A stretch of DNA of 64,000 nucleotides, from the IMG/VR virus record IMGVR_UViG_3300045988_016718. One strand, written 5' to 3'. Source of the DNA: a virus. This document shows, piece after piece, positions 42,201-51,200 of the stretch. Numbering within the stretch: position 1 is the first letter of the stretch; each line of letters begins with the position of its first letter. The notes under the pieces were generated by a model. It had not been told where the DNA came from and searched no databases. It saw nothing but the letters and a program-made list of their open reading frames with translations. The position numbers were made by a program, and so were the translations under genes.

Positions 42201-44479
42201 ATGAGCAACAAATTGAAAGAGTGTACAGAGGTAATTATAATGGTTATCATGGTGGAACAAGTTATCCTTTCACTATGTGTCAGATGAAGGGTCAATATAA
42301 TCCCAATGTTGCTAATCCTCTTGCAAATCCCGGTGCACTTACTGAATGGAGACAGCCATATACAAATGACCAATATTACTGGAATGGTAGTACTATTAGT
42401 GGTTTAGCATCTGAATATGGTAGAAGCCAATCATGGAATACGTTAGCACAAAGGTGGCAACAAGATGGTACTGTGTATCCTGTACTTAATACAACTGATA
42501 TAGTTCCTATAAGATTTAAATCAACTCCTCATGCAGTCATCCAGTTTAATAACACCACTTATGGTCAACAAGCTGCTATGCCAGTATTAGGATGGAATGG
42601 TGGAGATTATTGGAATAAAGGTGACCTTCCTACAAGAAGTAAGGGATATGATATACAGATAGTAAGCTCATTTGGAGAAGCTACAAACACAAATGTAAGA
42701 GCATTCATAAAGGAAGCATCAAGTACTGAAAACCAACTCTTTGGAAAGATGTATAAATACAATACTACATCTAAAGAATGGGAAGAGGAAGAAATGGTTG
42801 CAGACCCATATACACAATACAGGGCATATTCTGTTGGTACATTATATGTACTTGTTAAGAAACCTAGTATGGCTTATAAGCAGTATCTTGCTCCTATTAC
42901 TGATGATGTTAAATCAACTTCCAGACCATTTGGTCCTAGAGCTATCATGCAACAAAGAGTTGATATTGCTGGTAATGTATTTTCACAGAAAGGTGGAGAA
43001 CTTGGAGAGTATGATGGTGGATACATTATAGTTGATATGTACAGACCTGTAGTTGAAAACAGGTTTGGTGGAACAGGAGATGCAGCATATACTAACAATA
43101 TATGGCATCCTGCTGGTAGCACAGTTAACTTCTATAATGTAGATGGCACTGTCAAACCTAGTGTGAACATTGAATATACAGAGGGGGATACATTCTTCCA
43201 GAGGTATGATTGTTTAAAGACTTATCCTTGGAGTAATGATGAGAAGAATCAAATAGTTGATTTGACTTCATTTATGTGTGAGACAAGGGTTAATATAGAT
43301 GGAAGATATGACAGGAATAGAGGTAATAAGAGTAATCTTACTGCAACACCAGAGAACTTCAATCTATTGAATCCTGTATATAGCCAGAAGAACAACTTCT
43401 TCACATATAACTATACATCAAGGGACATATCCTCTATTGACAGATTCCCTAATACAGTAACTTGGACAAGTGAGAAAACTAATGGTTCTGTAGTTGATAC
43501 TTGGACTAATATCACATTAGCTTCAACACTTGACTTAGATGGTGATAAGGGTGAAGTAATATCACTTAATACCTTGAACAATGAAATCTTCTGTTTCCAA
43601 GAACAGGGATTGAGTAATATTATCTTTAATCCTAGGGTACAGATTCCTGTTAGTGATGGTGTACCTGTTGAGATTGGTAATAACTACAAGGTACAGGGTA
43701 AGAGATATGTAAGTAACCTTATAGGTTGTAGCAACAAATGGTCTATATGCCAGACTCCAGCAGGTATATACTTCATAGATAATCTGACTAATGGCTTATA
43801 TACATTTGATGGTCAATCTATAAGTTCATTGAGTGACAAACTTGGTTTCAGACAGTTCATAGGTGCTAACAACACTCTTGATAGATGGAATCCTGTTGAC
43901 TTCAAGAACTTCAGAACATTCTATGACAAGACTAATGATGATGTATACTTTATCAATGATAAGTATTGTCTGGCTTATTCAGAGCTTATAGGTCAATTTA
44001 CCTCATTCATGAGCTATGAAAAGACTCCTGTAATGTTAAACTATAGGGATAAATTCTATGCAGTCAATAAGAATAAGGTATGGGAAATCAATGGTGGTGA
44101 CTATAATATGTTCTATGGTGAGTTTAAACCATTCTATGTGACTATAGTAGCTAATCAGGATGAACCTGTTGACAAGATATTCAATACTGTCGAATACAGG
44201 GCTGATGTTAAAAGAGATGGTGAACTTATGCCTAATGAAACATTCACTCAATTGGATGTATGGAATGAGTATCAGCATGGTACTTTAGAACTGGTTAACA
44301 GGGTTGGTTATCCTTCTCCACTTAAGAGAAAGTTCAGGATATGGAGAGCTAACATACCAAGAGATAATGGTAATAGAAATAGGATAAGAAATACATGGGC
44401 TTATATTAAATTGCAGATGAATAAAGAGAGCACTGATAGCATGGAGCTTCATGACATTGGTGTGAGTTTCTTTGAGTAG
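39236..44479 (+). CDS. Giant tail structural protein (tail hub / muzzle-like by size and synteny)
   Basis: The 1747-aa uninterrupted ORF is followed by a strong terminator. No catalytic motif was recognised. Confidence 0.7.
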   Translation: MAMKQEQHVIKGMQRDLTVSKFSPEYAYENMNIRITAREHSTLLSVTNEKGTKEISVPSFRQPNKIIVEPTGKIVMQYPLASSIRGGILTETSDGVQYKYEIVLESGQSESTAYEGHLPITQSVKGFYFIDDLVYDDTYQYWSDLHPLGFIPGGDIKGVPLGSCTIGKYIVIFTKDEAEGIDYIYRLEGINDYFEVTILYQGNLNFSTAYPIQTLGTYENENIQKVYWVDGLNQSRVINIVAEVGTYNGNDKFDFIRGFDTGATTTVEKVPSGTGIFPSGVVQYALTYYNSYAQESTVFYISPLFYTSPTGRGGRPDEVVNNEFRIMVNNPDTNFDGINIYSIIRTSLDGTPSVKRVASVELKARYSIYNKLEISQTYAYTTQIVDPSVVEVFKSGSKALLTDYPYDEVDGKLKWRINVEGNSGIIINKQYDPEHEIYFLDFDKAAGGVANITYDPFTHQIKLERKSIDYGYIFVYVASISNRTYVDYSDNNTTGETLDPTELLYKGGEEVVPYTITQKDNTLFLGNLTIKRSAIPQDIRLGVGDLPLTTEGKDVTVLAPEDTDVYPYKSNLSFDNGVITSFKQGETYRPGLVFLHRTGKWSEAIPIRDFEVDRYITAESYNKIVSSIGSTLINRLIDLGYVAVKPVMVYPSYTDRTVVCQGIINPTLFKANDRPDNSPYSISSWFFRPLFAGFFDDGGLDWARSPRDGGVVLEFRHKRPLPSSFNFNGEIQSQDCISDVSTEAGTQTCPDESEGNFKVDGSICTFHSPDIEFDETVKSLVKSCQIRYVGYAKCKANYSDYSIIGPNSFLKTTRSSGSNYRIINHDYSTMYTKYGGTNYWNGSANERHSSVKKICALPVYVDGVLTRRDPNKNDDWDVLGNDGGDGNWINCAWIVYPWHREASLNNDMDKTGTEGQSLVRTGQYTKKILSNLQYTDTYYIDKEGYYHRSTPPTLYLEGDSQFTGIAEVAVFDSNEDTIIKLPIIKNALDEQQIERVYRGNYNGYHGGTSYPFTMCQMKGQYNPNVANPLANPGALTEWRQPYTNDQYYWNGSTISGLASEYGRSQSWNTLAQRWQQDGTVYPVLNTTDIVPIRFKSTPHAVIQFNNTTYGQQAAMPVLGWNGGDYWNKGDLPTRSKGYDIQIVSSFGEATNTNVRAFIKEASSTENQLFGKMYKYNTTSKEWEEEEMVADPYTQYRAYSVGTLYVLVKKPSMAYKQYLAPITDDVKSTSRPFGPRAIMQQRVDIAGNVFSQKGGELGEYDGGYIIVDMYRPVVENRFGGTGDAAYTNNIWHPAGSTVNFYNVDGTVKPSVNIEYTEGDTFFQRYDCLKTYPWSNDEKNQIVDLTSFMCETRVNIDGRYDRNRGNKSNLTATPENFNLLNPVYSQKNNFFTYNYTSRDISSIDRFPNTVTWTSEKTNGSVVDTWTNITLASTLDLDGDKGEVISLNTLNNEIFCFQEQGLSNIIFNPRVQIPVSDGVPVEIGNNYKVQGKRYVSNLIGCSNKWSICQTPAGIYFIDNLTNGLYTFDGQSISSLSDKLGFRQFIGANNTLDRWNPVDFKNFRTFYDKTNDDVYFINDKYCLAYSELIGQFTSFMSYEKTPVMLNYRDKFYAVNKNKVWEINGGDYNMFYGEFKPFYVTIVANQDEPVDKIFNTVEYRADVKRDGELMPNETFTQLDVWNEYQHGTLELVNRVGYPSPLKRKFRIWRANIPRDNGNRNRIRNTWAYIKLQMNKESTDSMELHDIGVSFFE

Positions 44480-44484
44480 AAATT

Positions 44485-44527
44485 AAGGGTGGCTAAGTCA
44501 AATACTTGGCTGCCCTTATTATTTTTA
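44485..44527 (+). terminator. Intrinsic terminator
   Basis: A 14-bp hairpin AAGGGTGGCTAAGT-CAAAT-ACTTGGCTGCCCTT (three G.T pairs) followed by ATTATTTTT. Confidence 0.75.
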
Positions 44528-44535
44528 TAAGGTTT

Positions 44536-44567
44536 ATTGCATATTACAAAGTCTTTATGTATCTTTG
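44536..44567 (+). promoter_or_regulatory. Bacteroides-type promoter ahead of the ejection-protein genes
   Basis: ATTG at 44536-44539, a 20-nt spacer and TATCTTTG at 44560-44567, followed by CA. Confidence 0.55.
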
Positions 44568-44584
44568 CACAAAATGAATTAATT

Positions 44585-46678
44585 ATGGCTAACAAGATAA
44601 AGAAGAAAAGGTTTCCTGTTAAACCTAAGGAACAAGGAGTACTTCCTTGGTTGGTTGACCATCAAGGCAATATTTATGCTGGTGGTGGTATATTGGGAGC
44701 ATTGACAGGAGCTAATAAGGCTATGGATGCTTCAAAATTAGGTGGACTAATGGGTGGTGCCAGTGGTATTAGTGGTATTGCAGGTGGCATAGTAAGTGCT
44801 GCATCAAATGCAATATCAGGTGGTATGTCTACTGGTGTAGGTGGAGCTATGCAAACTATTGGTGGTATTGCATCTAATATCCCCGGTGTAGGTGGTCTTA
44901 TTGGAGCAGGTGTTAATGTACTGGGTGGTCTGGTTAATAGAGCATTTGGTAGTCAAATTAATGAGGAATTTGTTAATGAGACTAAGGCACAAACAGCAGA
45001 AGCAGCTAATACACAATTTGACAATAGTTCTATTGAGTCTGTAATACAACAGCAAATGGAGCATCAGGACTTAGGTAATGTACAAAAGTCACAGGTTGGT
45101 AAAGATGGATGGTTTAGTAGTAAGGCTAAAGACCTGACAGCAAAACTAAATAAGCAAAGACAAGCTGTTAATTTAGTTAATGATGAGAAGATTAATTTGG
45201 CACTTGAAGGAGCAGATGAAATGCAAGACTTGGATTTATTAGCAAACTTTGCTGCCTATGGTGGACAACTATTCAAAGATGGTGGCGGTATCCACATAAA
45301 GAAAGCAAATAGAGGAAAGTTCACAGAATATTGTGGTGGTAAAGTAACTTCTGAATGTATAGCAAGAGGCAAAAGAAGTAGTAGTCCTGCTGTAAGAAAG
45401 AGAGCTACATTTGCACAGAATGCAAGAGGCTGGCATCACAGTTTTGGTGGCTGGTTAAACACACAAGGTGGGGACTTTAGTAATGGTATTACCATGATTG
45501 GCAATGGTGGTACACATGAACAGAATCCATTTGAAGGCGTACAAATGGGACTAGACCCACAAGGAGTACCTAACTTAGTTGAAGAAGGTGAAGTAGTATT
45601 CAATGACTATGTATTCAGCAATAGACTTAAGGTACCTAAGAAAGACAGAAAGAGACTAAGATTAAAGGAAGGTACTTTTGCAGATGCAGCAGAAAAGCTA
45701 CAAAAGGAAAGTGCTGAAAGACCTAATGACCCAATAAGTAGAAGAGGACTTGAAGCAAGTATGAACAGACTAGCAGGAATACAAGAGGGAGTAAGGGAAA
45801 GAAAGAGTGGAAATAAGTTTGCAGATGGTGGTAAGAAGAAAAATTACAGGGATGTTGAAGTTCCTATGGCTGGTATAAATACTGACTATAGTGGTCAATT
45901 GCCAACAAGACTTACTGCACCTAAAGGAGTAATACCTATTGAGGAACAAGTACCTGATAGTGAATTAGCTCCTACTTGGATGAGATATGCACCAGCAGTT
46001 GGTTCTGCATTAGGAGTATTCAGTGATGCAATTGGTCTTACTAATACACCTGATTATGCACCAGCAGAGATGATAGGTGGAGTAATAACTCCAGTTAAAC
46101 CGGTAGGTGCAAGACAGATTAACAACAGACTTACTTATAAGCCACTTGATACAAACTATGAACTCAATAAGCTTGATGCTAATCAGGCTGCACAAAGGAG
46201 AGCATTAATCAATACTTCTGGTGGTAATAGGGCTACTGCTGCTGCTAACTTGATTGCAGCTAATGCTAATTATGGCAATCAGATGGGTGATTTACATAGA
46301 CAGGCTGAACTGTATAATCAACAACAAAGACAGCAAGTTGAAGGATTCAACAGAGGTACTAACCAGTTCAATGCAGAGGCACAAATGAGAGCTGATTTAG
46401 CTAATGCACAACAAGCTCAACAGATGAATGAACTAAGGTTGAAGCAGAAGTCAGCACAGGCTCAAATGTATGATACAGCTAATATGAGAAGCTCAATGGG
46501 CAGGGCAGCCAACCTTACTAATCTATTTGAGAATATAGGTGGTATTGGACAAGAGAACTTCTCAAGGAATATGATAACAAGTAACCCAGCTCTTCTATAT
46601 GATTTAGATAGTTCAGGTAGAGTACAATATAAGAAGAACAAAAAGAAAAAAGGGGGAAGATTGACTTATGGCAGGTAA
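44585..46678 (+). CDS. Putative ejection/cargo protein with glycine-zipper N-terminal region
   Basis: From the ATG at 44585 the protein reads MANKIKKKRF. It has about 100 aa of GxxxG-type repeats (GGLMGGASGISGIAGGIVSAASNAISGG...GVGGLIGAGVNVLGGLV) and an Asn/Gln-rich C-terminus. The track start at 44537 is a TTG inside the promoter. Confidence 0.7.
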   Translation: MANKIKKKRFPVKPKEQGVLPWLVDHQGNIYAGGGILGALTGANKAMDASKLGGLMGGASGISGIAGGIVSAASNAISGGMSTGVGGAMQTIGGIASNIPGVGGLIGAGVNVLGGLVNRAFGSQINEEFVNETKAQTAEAANTQFDNSSIESVIQQQMEHQDLGNVQKSQVGKDGWFSSKAKDLTAKLNKQRQAVNLVNDEKINLALEGADEMQDLDLLANFAAYGGQLFKDGGGIHIKKANRGKFTEYCGGKVTSECIARGKRSSSPAVRKRATFAQNARGWHHSFGGWLNTQGGDFSNGITMIGNGGTHEQNPFEGVQMGLDPQGVPNLVEEGEVVFNDYVFSNRLKVPKKDRKRLRLKEGTFADAAEKLQKESAERPNDPISRRGLEASMNRLAGIQEGVRERKSGNKFADGGKKKNYRDVEVPMAGINTDYSGQLPTRLTAPKGVIPIEEQVPDSELAPTWMRYAPAVGSALGVFSDAIGLTNTPDYAPAEMIGGVITPVKPVGARQINNRLTYKPLDTNYELNKLDANQAAQRRALINTSGGNRATAAANLIAANANYGNQMGDLHRQAELYNQQQRQQVEGFNRGTNQFNAEAQMRADLANAQQAQQMNELRLKQKSAQAQMYDTANMRSSMGRAANLTNLFENIGGIGQENFSRNMITSNPALLYDLDSSGRVQYKKNKKKKGGRLTYGR

Positions 46679-48275
46679 TATGATAGTAATAGGAAGCAAG
46701 TTCAAGCCATTCAGCTATGATGAAATGATTAAACCCATACAGGTAGCTGATGCTGAACATAAAGCTCTTGAAGGTGAAATGGGGGAACTCTCAACCAGAG
46801 CAGGAGTATTTGAGAAACTTGCTAATGAACAGACAGACCCCGAAGCTTATGCTATGTACAAACAGTATTCAACTGACTTAGCTTCACAGGCTGAATCACT
46901 TGCAAAGAGTGGTCTTACACCTGATAGTAGAACTGCACTCTCAAAGATGAGACAAAGGTATAGTCAGGAGATTACTCCTATTGAACAGGCATATAAGAGA
47001 AGAGATGAATTAACTAAGGAACAAAGGGAAGCAATGTTGAAAGACCCTACTCTGATGATGAGTCAGGCAGCTTCAACACTTTCTTTGGATGATTTGATTA
47101 AGAATCCTAACCTAAGTTATCAGGCTTACAGTGGTAATATGCTTACTCAACAAGCTGCTCAAGCTGCAAGAGAATTAGCTAAGTATCAACAGGAGAAACC
47201 AAGAGAATGGAGAAAAATTCTTGGTGGTCAATACTTTGAAAGCATGATGAATAGGGGGTATACTCCTGAACAAGTTATCATGGCTGCAATGGATGACCCT
47301 AATGCACCTAAGGAACTGAAGAAGATAGCAGATGATGTATATGCTTCATCAGGTATTGATACATGGGGTGATGACATAACTAAGCAAAGAGCTAAAGAGT
47401 TTATAGGTAGAGGATTATACAGTGCTATTGGTGATACACAATATCAACAGGTGCAGAATCAAGAATACCTTGACCCACTGCAAAGGGCTAAACTAGCTGC
47501 TGCTCAAGGTGATAATAGTAATCCTAGATTAGGTTACAGACCAGTACCAAGAACTACAGTAAAGGATGCTGAAACTACTCAATTACAAGATGAAATCAAC
47601 TTCCTTCAACAGGTAAAAGAGAACCCTGATATATTGAAAGAAGAGGCTGAAAGAGAAGTAAGAAATGAAGCAAGAGCTTATGGTGCTACTTGGGGTTCTT
47701 ATGGTACTAAAGAGAAGTATCAACCTAATAGAGAGAAGTTAAAGAGAATCACTGATAAGTATGGTACAACTGACCCTGACTTTATTATACAAAAGGCAAA
47801 AGCTGAAATCAAAGGAGCAGCCATAAGAGACTTTACTTATTCAACTAATTTAGCTGATAATAGCTTGTTAAATGATGTGGTAACACAGAACTTAGCTACT
47901 ATGGCTATTAAGGATAAGATACCAGCTTATGAGTTCAAAGATGGCAAGAAAGGCAAACAGCTTGAATCTGATGAACTGGCTGAAATTAAGCCTAACTCTG
48001 GTCACTTAGACTTTGACCCTCAAAGTGGTAACTTAGTCTATGTATATAGAGACAAGAAGGACAAACTTAAAAAGGCTGTACTTGACCCAGAAGTAGTAGA
48101 TGATAAGAACAGAACCTTAAGGAACACTCAACAGTTAATAGAAGAAGCTAAAGAGAAGAAAGATTATGCAAGCATGAGCTTATTGATTGACTTCTATATG
48201 AGTGAACTTGATGGTAAGTTCAATACCCTTGCTAAGACTCAAGGCAAGACAGACAGTAAATTGTTTATGGAATAA
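46668..48275 (+). CDS. Putative virion internal/cargo protein
   Basis: 535-aa ORF with an 11-nt overlap with the previous gene. Confidence 0.7.
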   Translation: MAGNMIVIGSKFKPFSYDEMIKPIQVADAEHKALEGEMGELSTRAGVFEKLANEQTDPEAYAMYKQYSTDLASQAESLAKSGLTPDSRTALSKMRQRYSQEITPIEQAYKRRDELTKEQREAMLKDPTLMMSQAASTLSLDDLIKNPNLSYQAYSGNMLTQQAAQAARELAKYQQEKPREWRKILGGQYFESMMNRGYTPEQVIMAAMDDPNAPKELKKIADDVYASSGIDTWGDDITKQRAKEFIGRGLYSAIGDTQYQQVQNQEYLDPLQRAKLAAAQGDNSNPRLGYRPVPRTTVKDAETTQLQDEINFLQQVKENPDILKEEAEREVRNEARAYGATWGSYGTKEKYQPNREKLKRITDKYGTTDPDFIIQKAKAEIKGAAIRDFTYSTNLADNSLLNDVVTQNLATMAIKDKIPAYEFKDGKKGKQLESDELAEIKPNSGHLDFDPQSGNLVYVYRDKKDKLKKAVLDPEVVDDKNRTLRNTQQLIEEAKEKKDYASMSLLIDFYMSELDGKFNTLAKTQGKTDSKLFME

Positions 48276-48276
48276 T

Positions 48277-51200
48277 ATGGCACAGGATAATTTTAACTAT
48301 GGTACTCCATTAAAGGGAGTAAATAGAAGACAAGGTATACTTGATGAGTTAAAAAGGAATGGATATGATGTATCATTTGCAGACCCTACACCCGGCTATG
48401 CTGCAAGACAGCAGGAGATGAATATAAGCACTCCTGCTGTGCAGGAGATTGGTGTAGCAGGTCTTAATGATAGCATGTATGATAAGGACATTACTTCTGC
48501 AACTCAACTTGATGACCTTAATAACACAAGAGGAGAACTTCAACCTTGGTATGCACAATTAGGTGCAGGTCTTGGTAAAGGTGTAGTACTTGCTGGTACT
48601 ACATTTCTTGATGGTACTCTTGGTGTAGTAGTAGGTGCAGCTAATGCTATAGACAAAGGTGAATGGTCAGGGTTCTGGGATAATGACTTTGCTAAAGGAA
48701 TGAAGCAAGTAAATGATTGGTCAGAGCAAATGATGCCTAACTATAGAACCAATGAAGAAATTCAGAATGACCAAAATGGTGAATGGTACAAGAATATATG
48801 GACAGCTAACTGGTGGGGTGACAAGTTCATCAAGAACTTAGGTTTTACTGCTGGTGCTATGGCTACTGGTAATCTTGTATCAGGTGCACTTAAAGGTGCT
48901 CCTGCTATGGTTAGGTCTATAGTTGGTTCTGCTGTATCTGCAATCAATGAAGGTAAGATAGAAGCATATAACAATGCTAATGAATGGTATGACTTTGAGA
49001 AAGCAAAGGTAGATGATGCTTATCAACAAAGACTTCAAGCTATAGACCAGAACTATAAGGGTACTGAAATGTATAATGCACTTATGCAAGATGCAAAACA
49101 GACTTATGACCAGTCCCTTGCCAAGTTAAATGAGGATAAAGCCAAAGTGGGTAATGTAGACTTGGCTCTTAATATACCTATTCTTACAGCATCAAACTGG
49201 TTTATGTGGGGTAAATTGTATTCTAAGGGTGCTAATACAGCAATCAGAGATACAAAGATAGCCATGAAGAATGGTAAATATGCTTCAACTAGAATGCCTG
49301 TCAAGGCTGCTGCTGGTTTCTTATCAGAAGGTGCTGAAGAAATGGAACAGAAGATTGCTGCTACTATCCCCGGACTTAAGTATGGTTCAGAGGTAGAGAA
49401 CTTCTATATGTCCAAGTGGGACCCAGAAGCTGCACAGCAATCACTTAATTGGTTACAGGCATCAGCTAAGGGTATTAGTGATACAGTAGGTGACCCAGCT
49501 TCATGGGAAGAATTTACTATTGGTGCTATGACTGGTGCTATGGGTATGCCTATGTTCAGAAGTGCTAAATCAAGTGAAGGTAAATGGAGAAGTCCTGTAA
49601 CTATTGAAGGTGGTATAGTTGGTGAATTTAGAGATTATCAAGAGGGTAAAGCCAGAGATAATGAGATGATTAACTACTTGAATAGTAGAATTGAAGACCC
49701 TAATTTTCAGAACTATTATCAAGGATTAGTAAGACACAACTATTATCAGAATCAAATGGATGCTGCTGCTGCTGAAGGAGATGTTGCAGGATTCAAGGAT
49801 GCAGAATCATCACAGTTTATATCTGATATTGTCATGTTTGACAATGCAGGTAAACTGAATGACCTTACTGAAATGATTAATCAGGCATATGATACTTCTG
49901 ATGAGAACCTCGATAATATCATTAAGAATACTACTGATGAGAATGGTAATGGTCCTTTCTCTACCAATGGTAATGCTATGGACAGAGAGGATATGATTCA
50001 AAGTCTTACAGAAGATAGAGATGATATTCTAAGGAAAATCAAGGATTACAGAACTACTAAGGACAAAATCATAAGAGTAGGAAGTCCTGACCTTACAAGT
50101 GAACAAGTGTCAGAACTTACTTGGCTTAACATGAAGCATGGTGACTATGTTGAGAGATTCAATGAGGTTGCTGATGATATAAGAGAGGCATTGAAGATGA
50201 ACTTTGCAACTCTTGAAAAGGAAGGTAAAACTATGGATAGAACCATACTTGACCTTAATAACCAAGAGCTGCTTGCAGTACTTGCAGACCCTAAGAATGA
50301 AAGCTTTGTAGCAATGCAAAGTGCTGTCAGAAAGATTCTGAATGACAGTTACAATATTGACAAGGTTGATATTGAACAATCTGTTAAAGACCTTAAGAAG
50401 TTAGCAGAGAAAGCTGTAGAGTTCAGTAACAGGTTTACTGACTTGCTGACACATCCTGAAAAGATGCAGGAAGCAACATCAGCAGCTGATGAACAAGTAG
50501 CTAATAGGGCACAAGAAGAGCAACTTGCACAAGTAAGAGGACAACTTACTAATGCTCAATCATTCAGTGATATAGCAGATATAGTAGGTGAAAACAATGT
50601 AGGTGATGAACTGTTAAGCGAGAATACTAATCCACTGGCTAAGGACTTCAAGAAAGCAATGTCATTTGGTGCTGAAATGGGTAAGCTTATCAATGAATCT
50701 GAACTATCAGATGCAGATAAAGAAGCTCTTAATGCATTACTTGACAAGAGATTCAAGGAAGAAAAATCACTTGCTGATTTAACTAGTCCTGAACTTATTA
50801 CAGAACCAGAAGGTGAACTAAGTGAAGCAGCTGCTAATCTATTTCAGAATATGATAGCAGAAGCTGCAACTAATGCACAGGAAAAGGATGCTATTCCTGA
50901 TGCAACTCCTACACCCAGTGGTAGAGAAGTTGGTAAGGAAACTACAGGAAGTGATGCTACTACAACAATACCTACTGAAACCAAGAATCCCTATAATGAC
51001 CTTATAGGTGAAGTAAGTCAGACTATTGACAAAGAGTATCTTGATGATTTAAGTCTGGCTCCAAGAATTAGAACACTTGAAACTTTAGTAGCTAAGGCTG
51101 CTTCAACCAAAAGTGAGGAAGATATAAGAAAGGCATCATCAGAATTAAACAATCTTATAGATGATATAGGTGGTTTACCTGAAATGTCAAGTGAGGATAC

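Noticed and set aside
41373-43031. Alternative-frame + strand ORFs inside the 1747-aa gene (41373-41567, 42102-42287, 42741-43031).
   Set aside because: They are short out-of-frame ORFs nested in a continuous 5.2-kb reading frame. No slippery site or independent signals were seen.
138-44567. The recurrent about 35-nt motif interpreted as CRISPR repeats, attachment sites or terminal repeats.
   Set aside because: The copies are 1-17 kb apart and always intergenic. Only the TTTG and TAnnTTTG boxes and the short ACT core are conserved, which fits promoters rather than repeat arrays.
44537-44584. N-terminal extensions proposed by the ORF track at 44537, 48202, 22622, 19264, 21480, 18936 and 58322.
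   Set aside because: Each begins at a TTG or GTG codon that lies inside a promoter box or overlaps the upstream gene. In each case an ATG sits right after the upstream stop, or at a sensible distance from the promoter, and gives a cleaner start.
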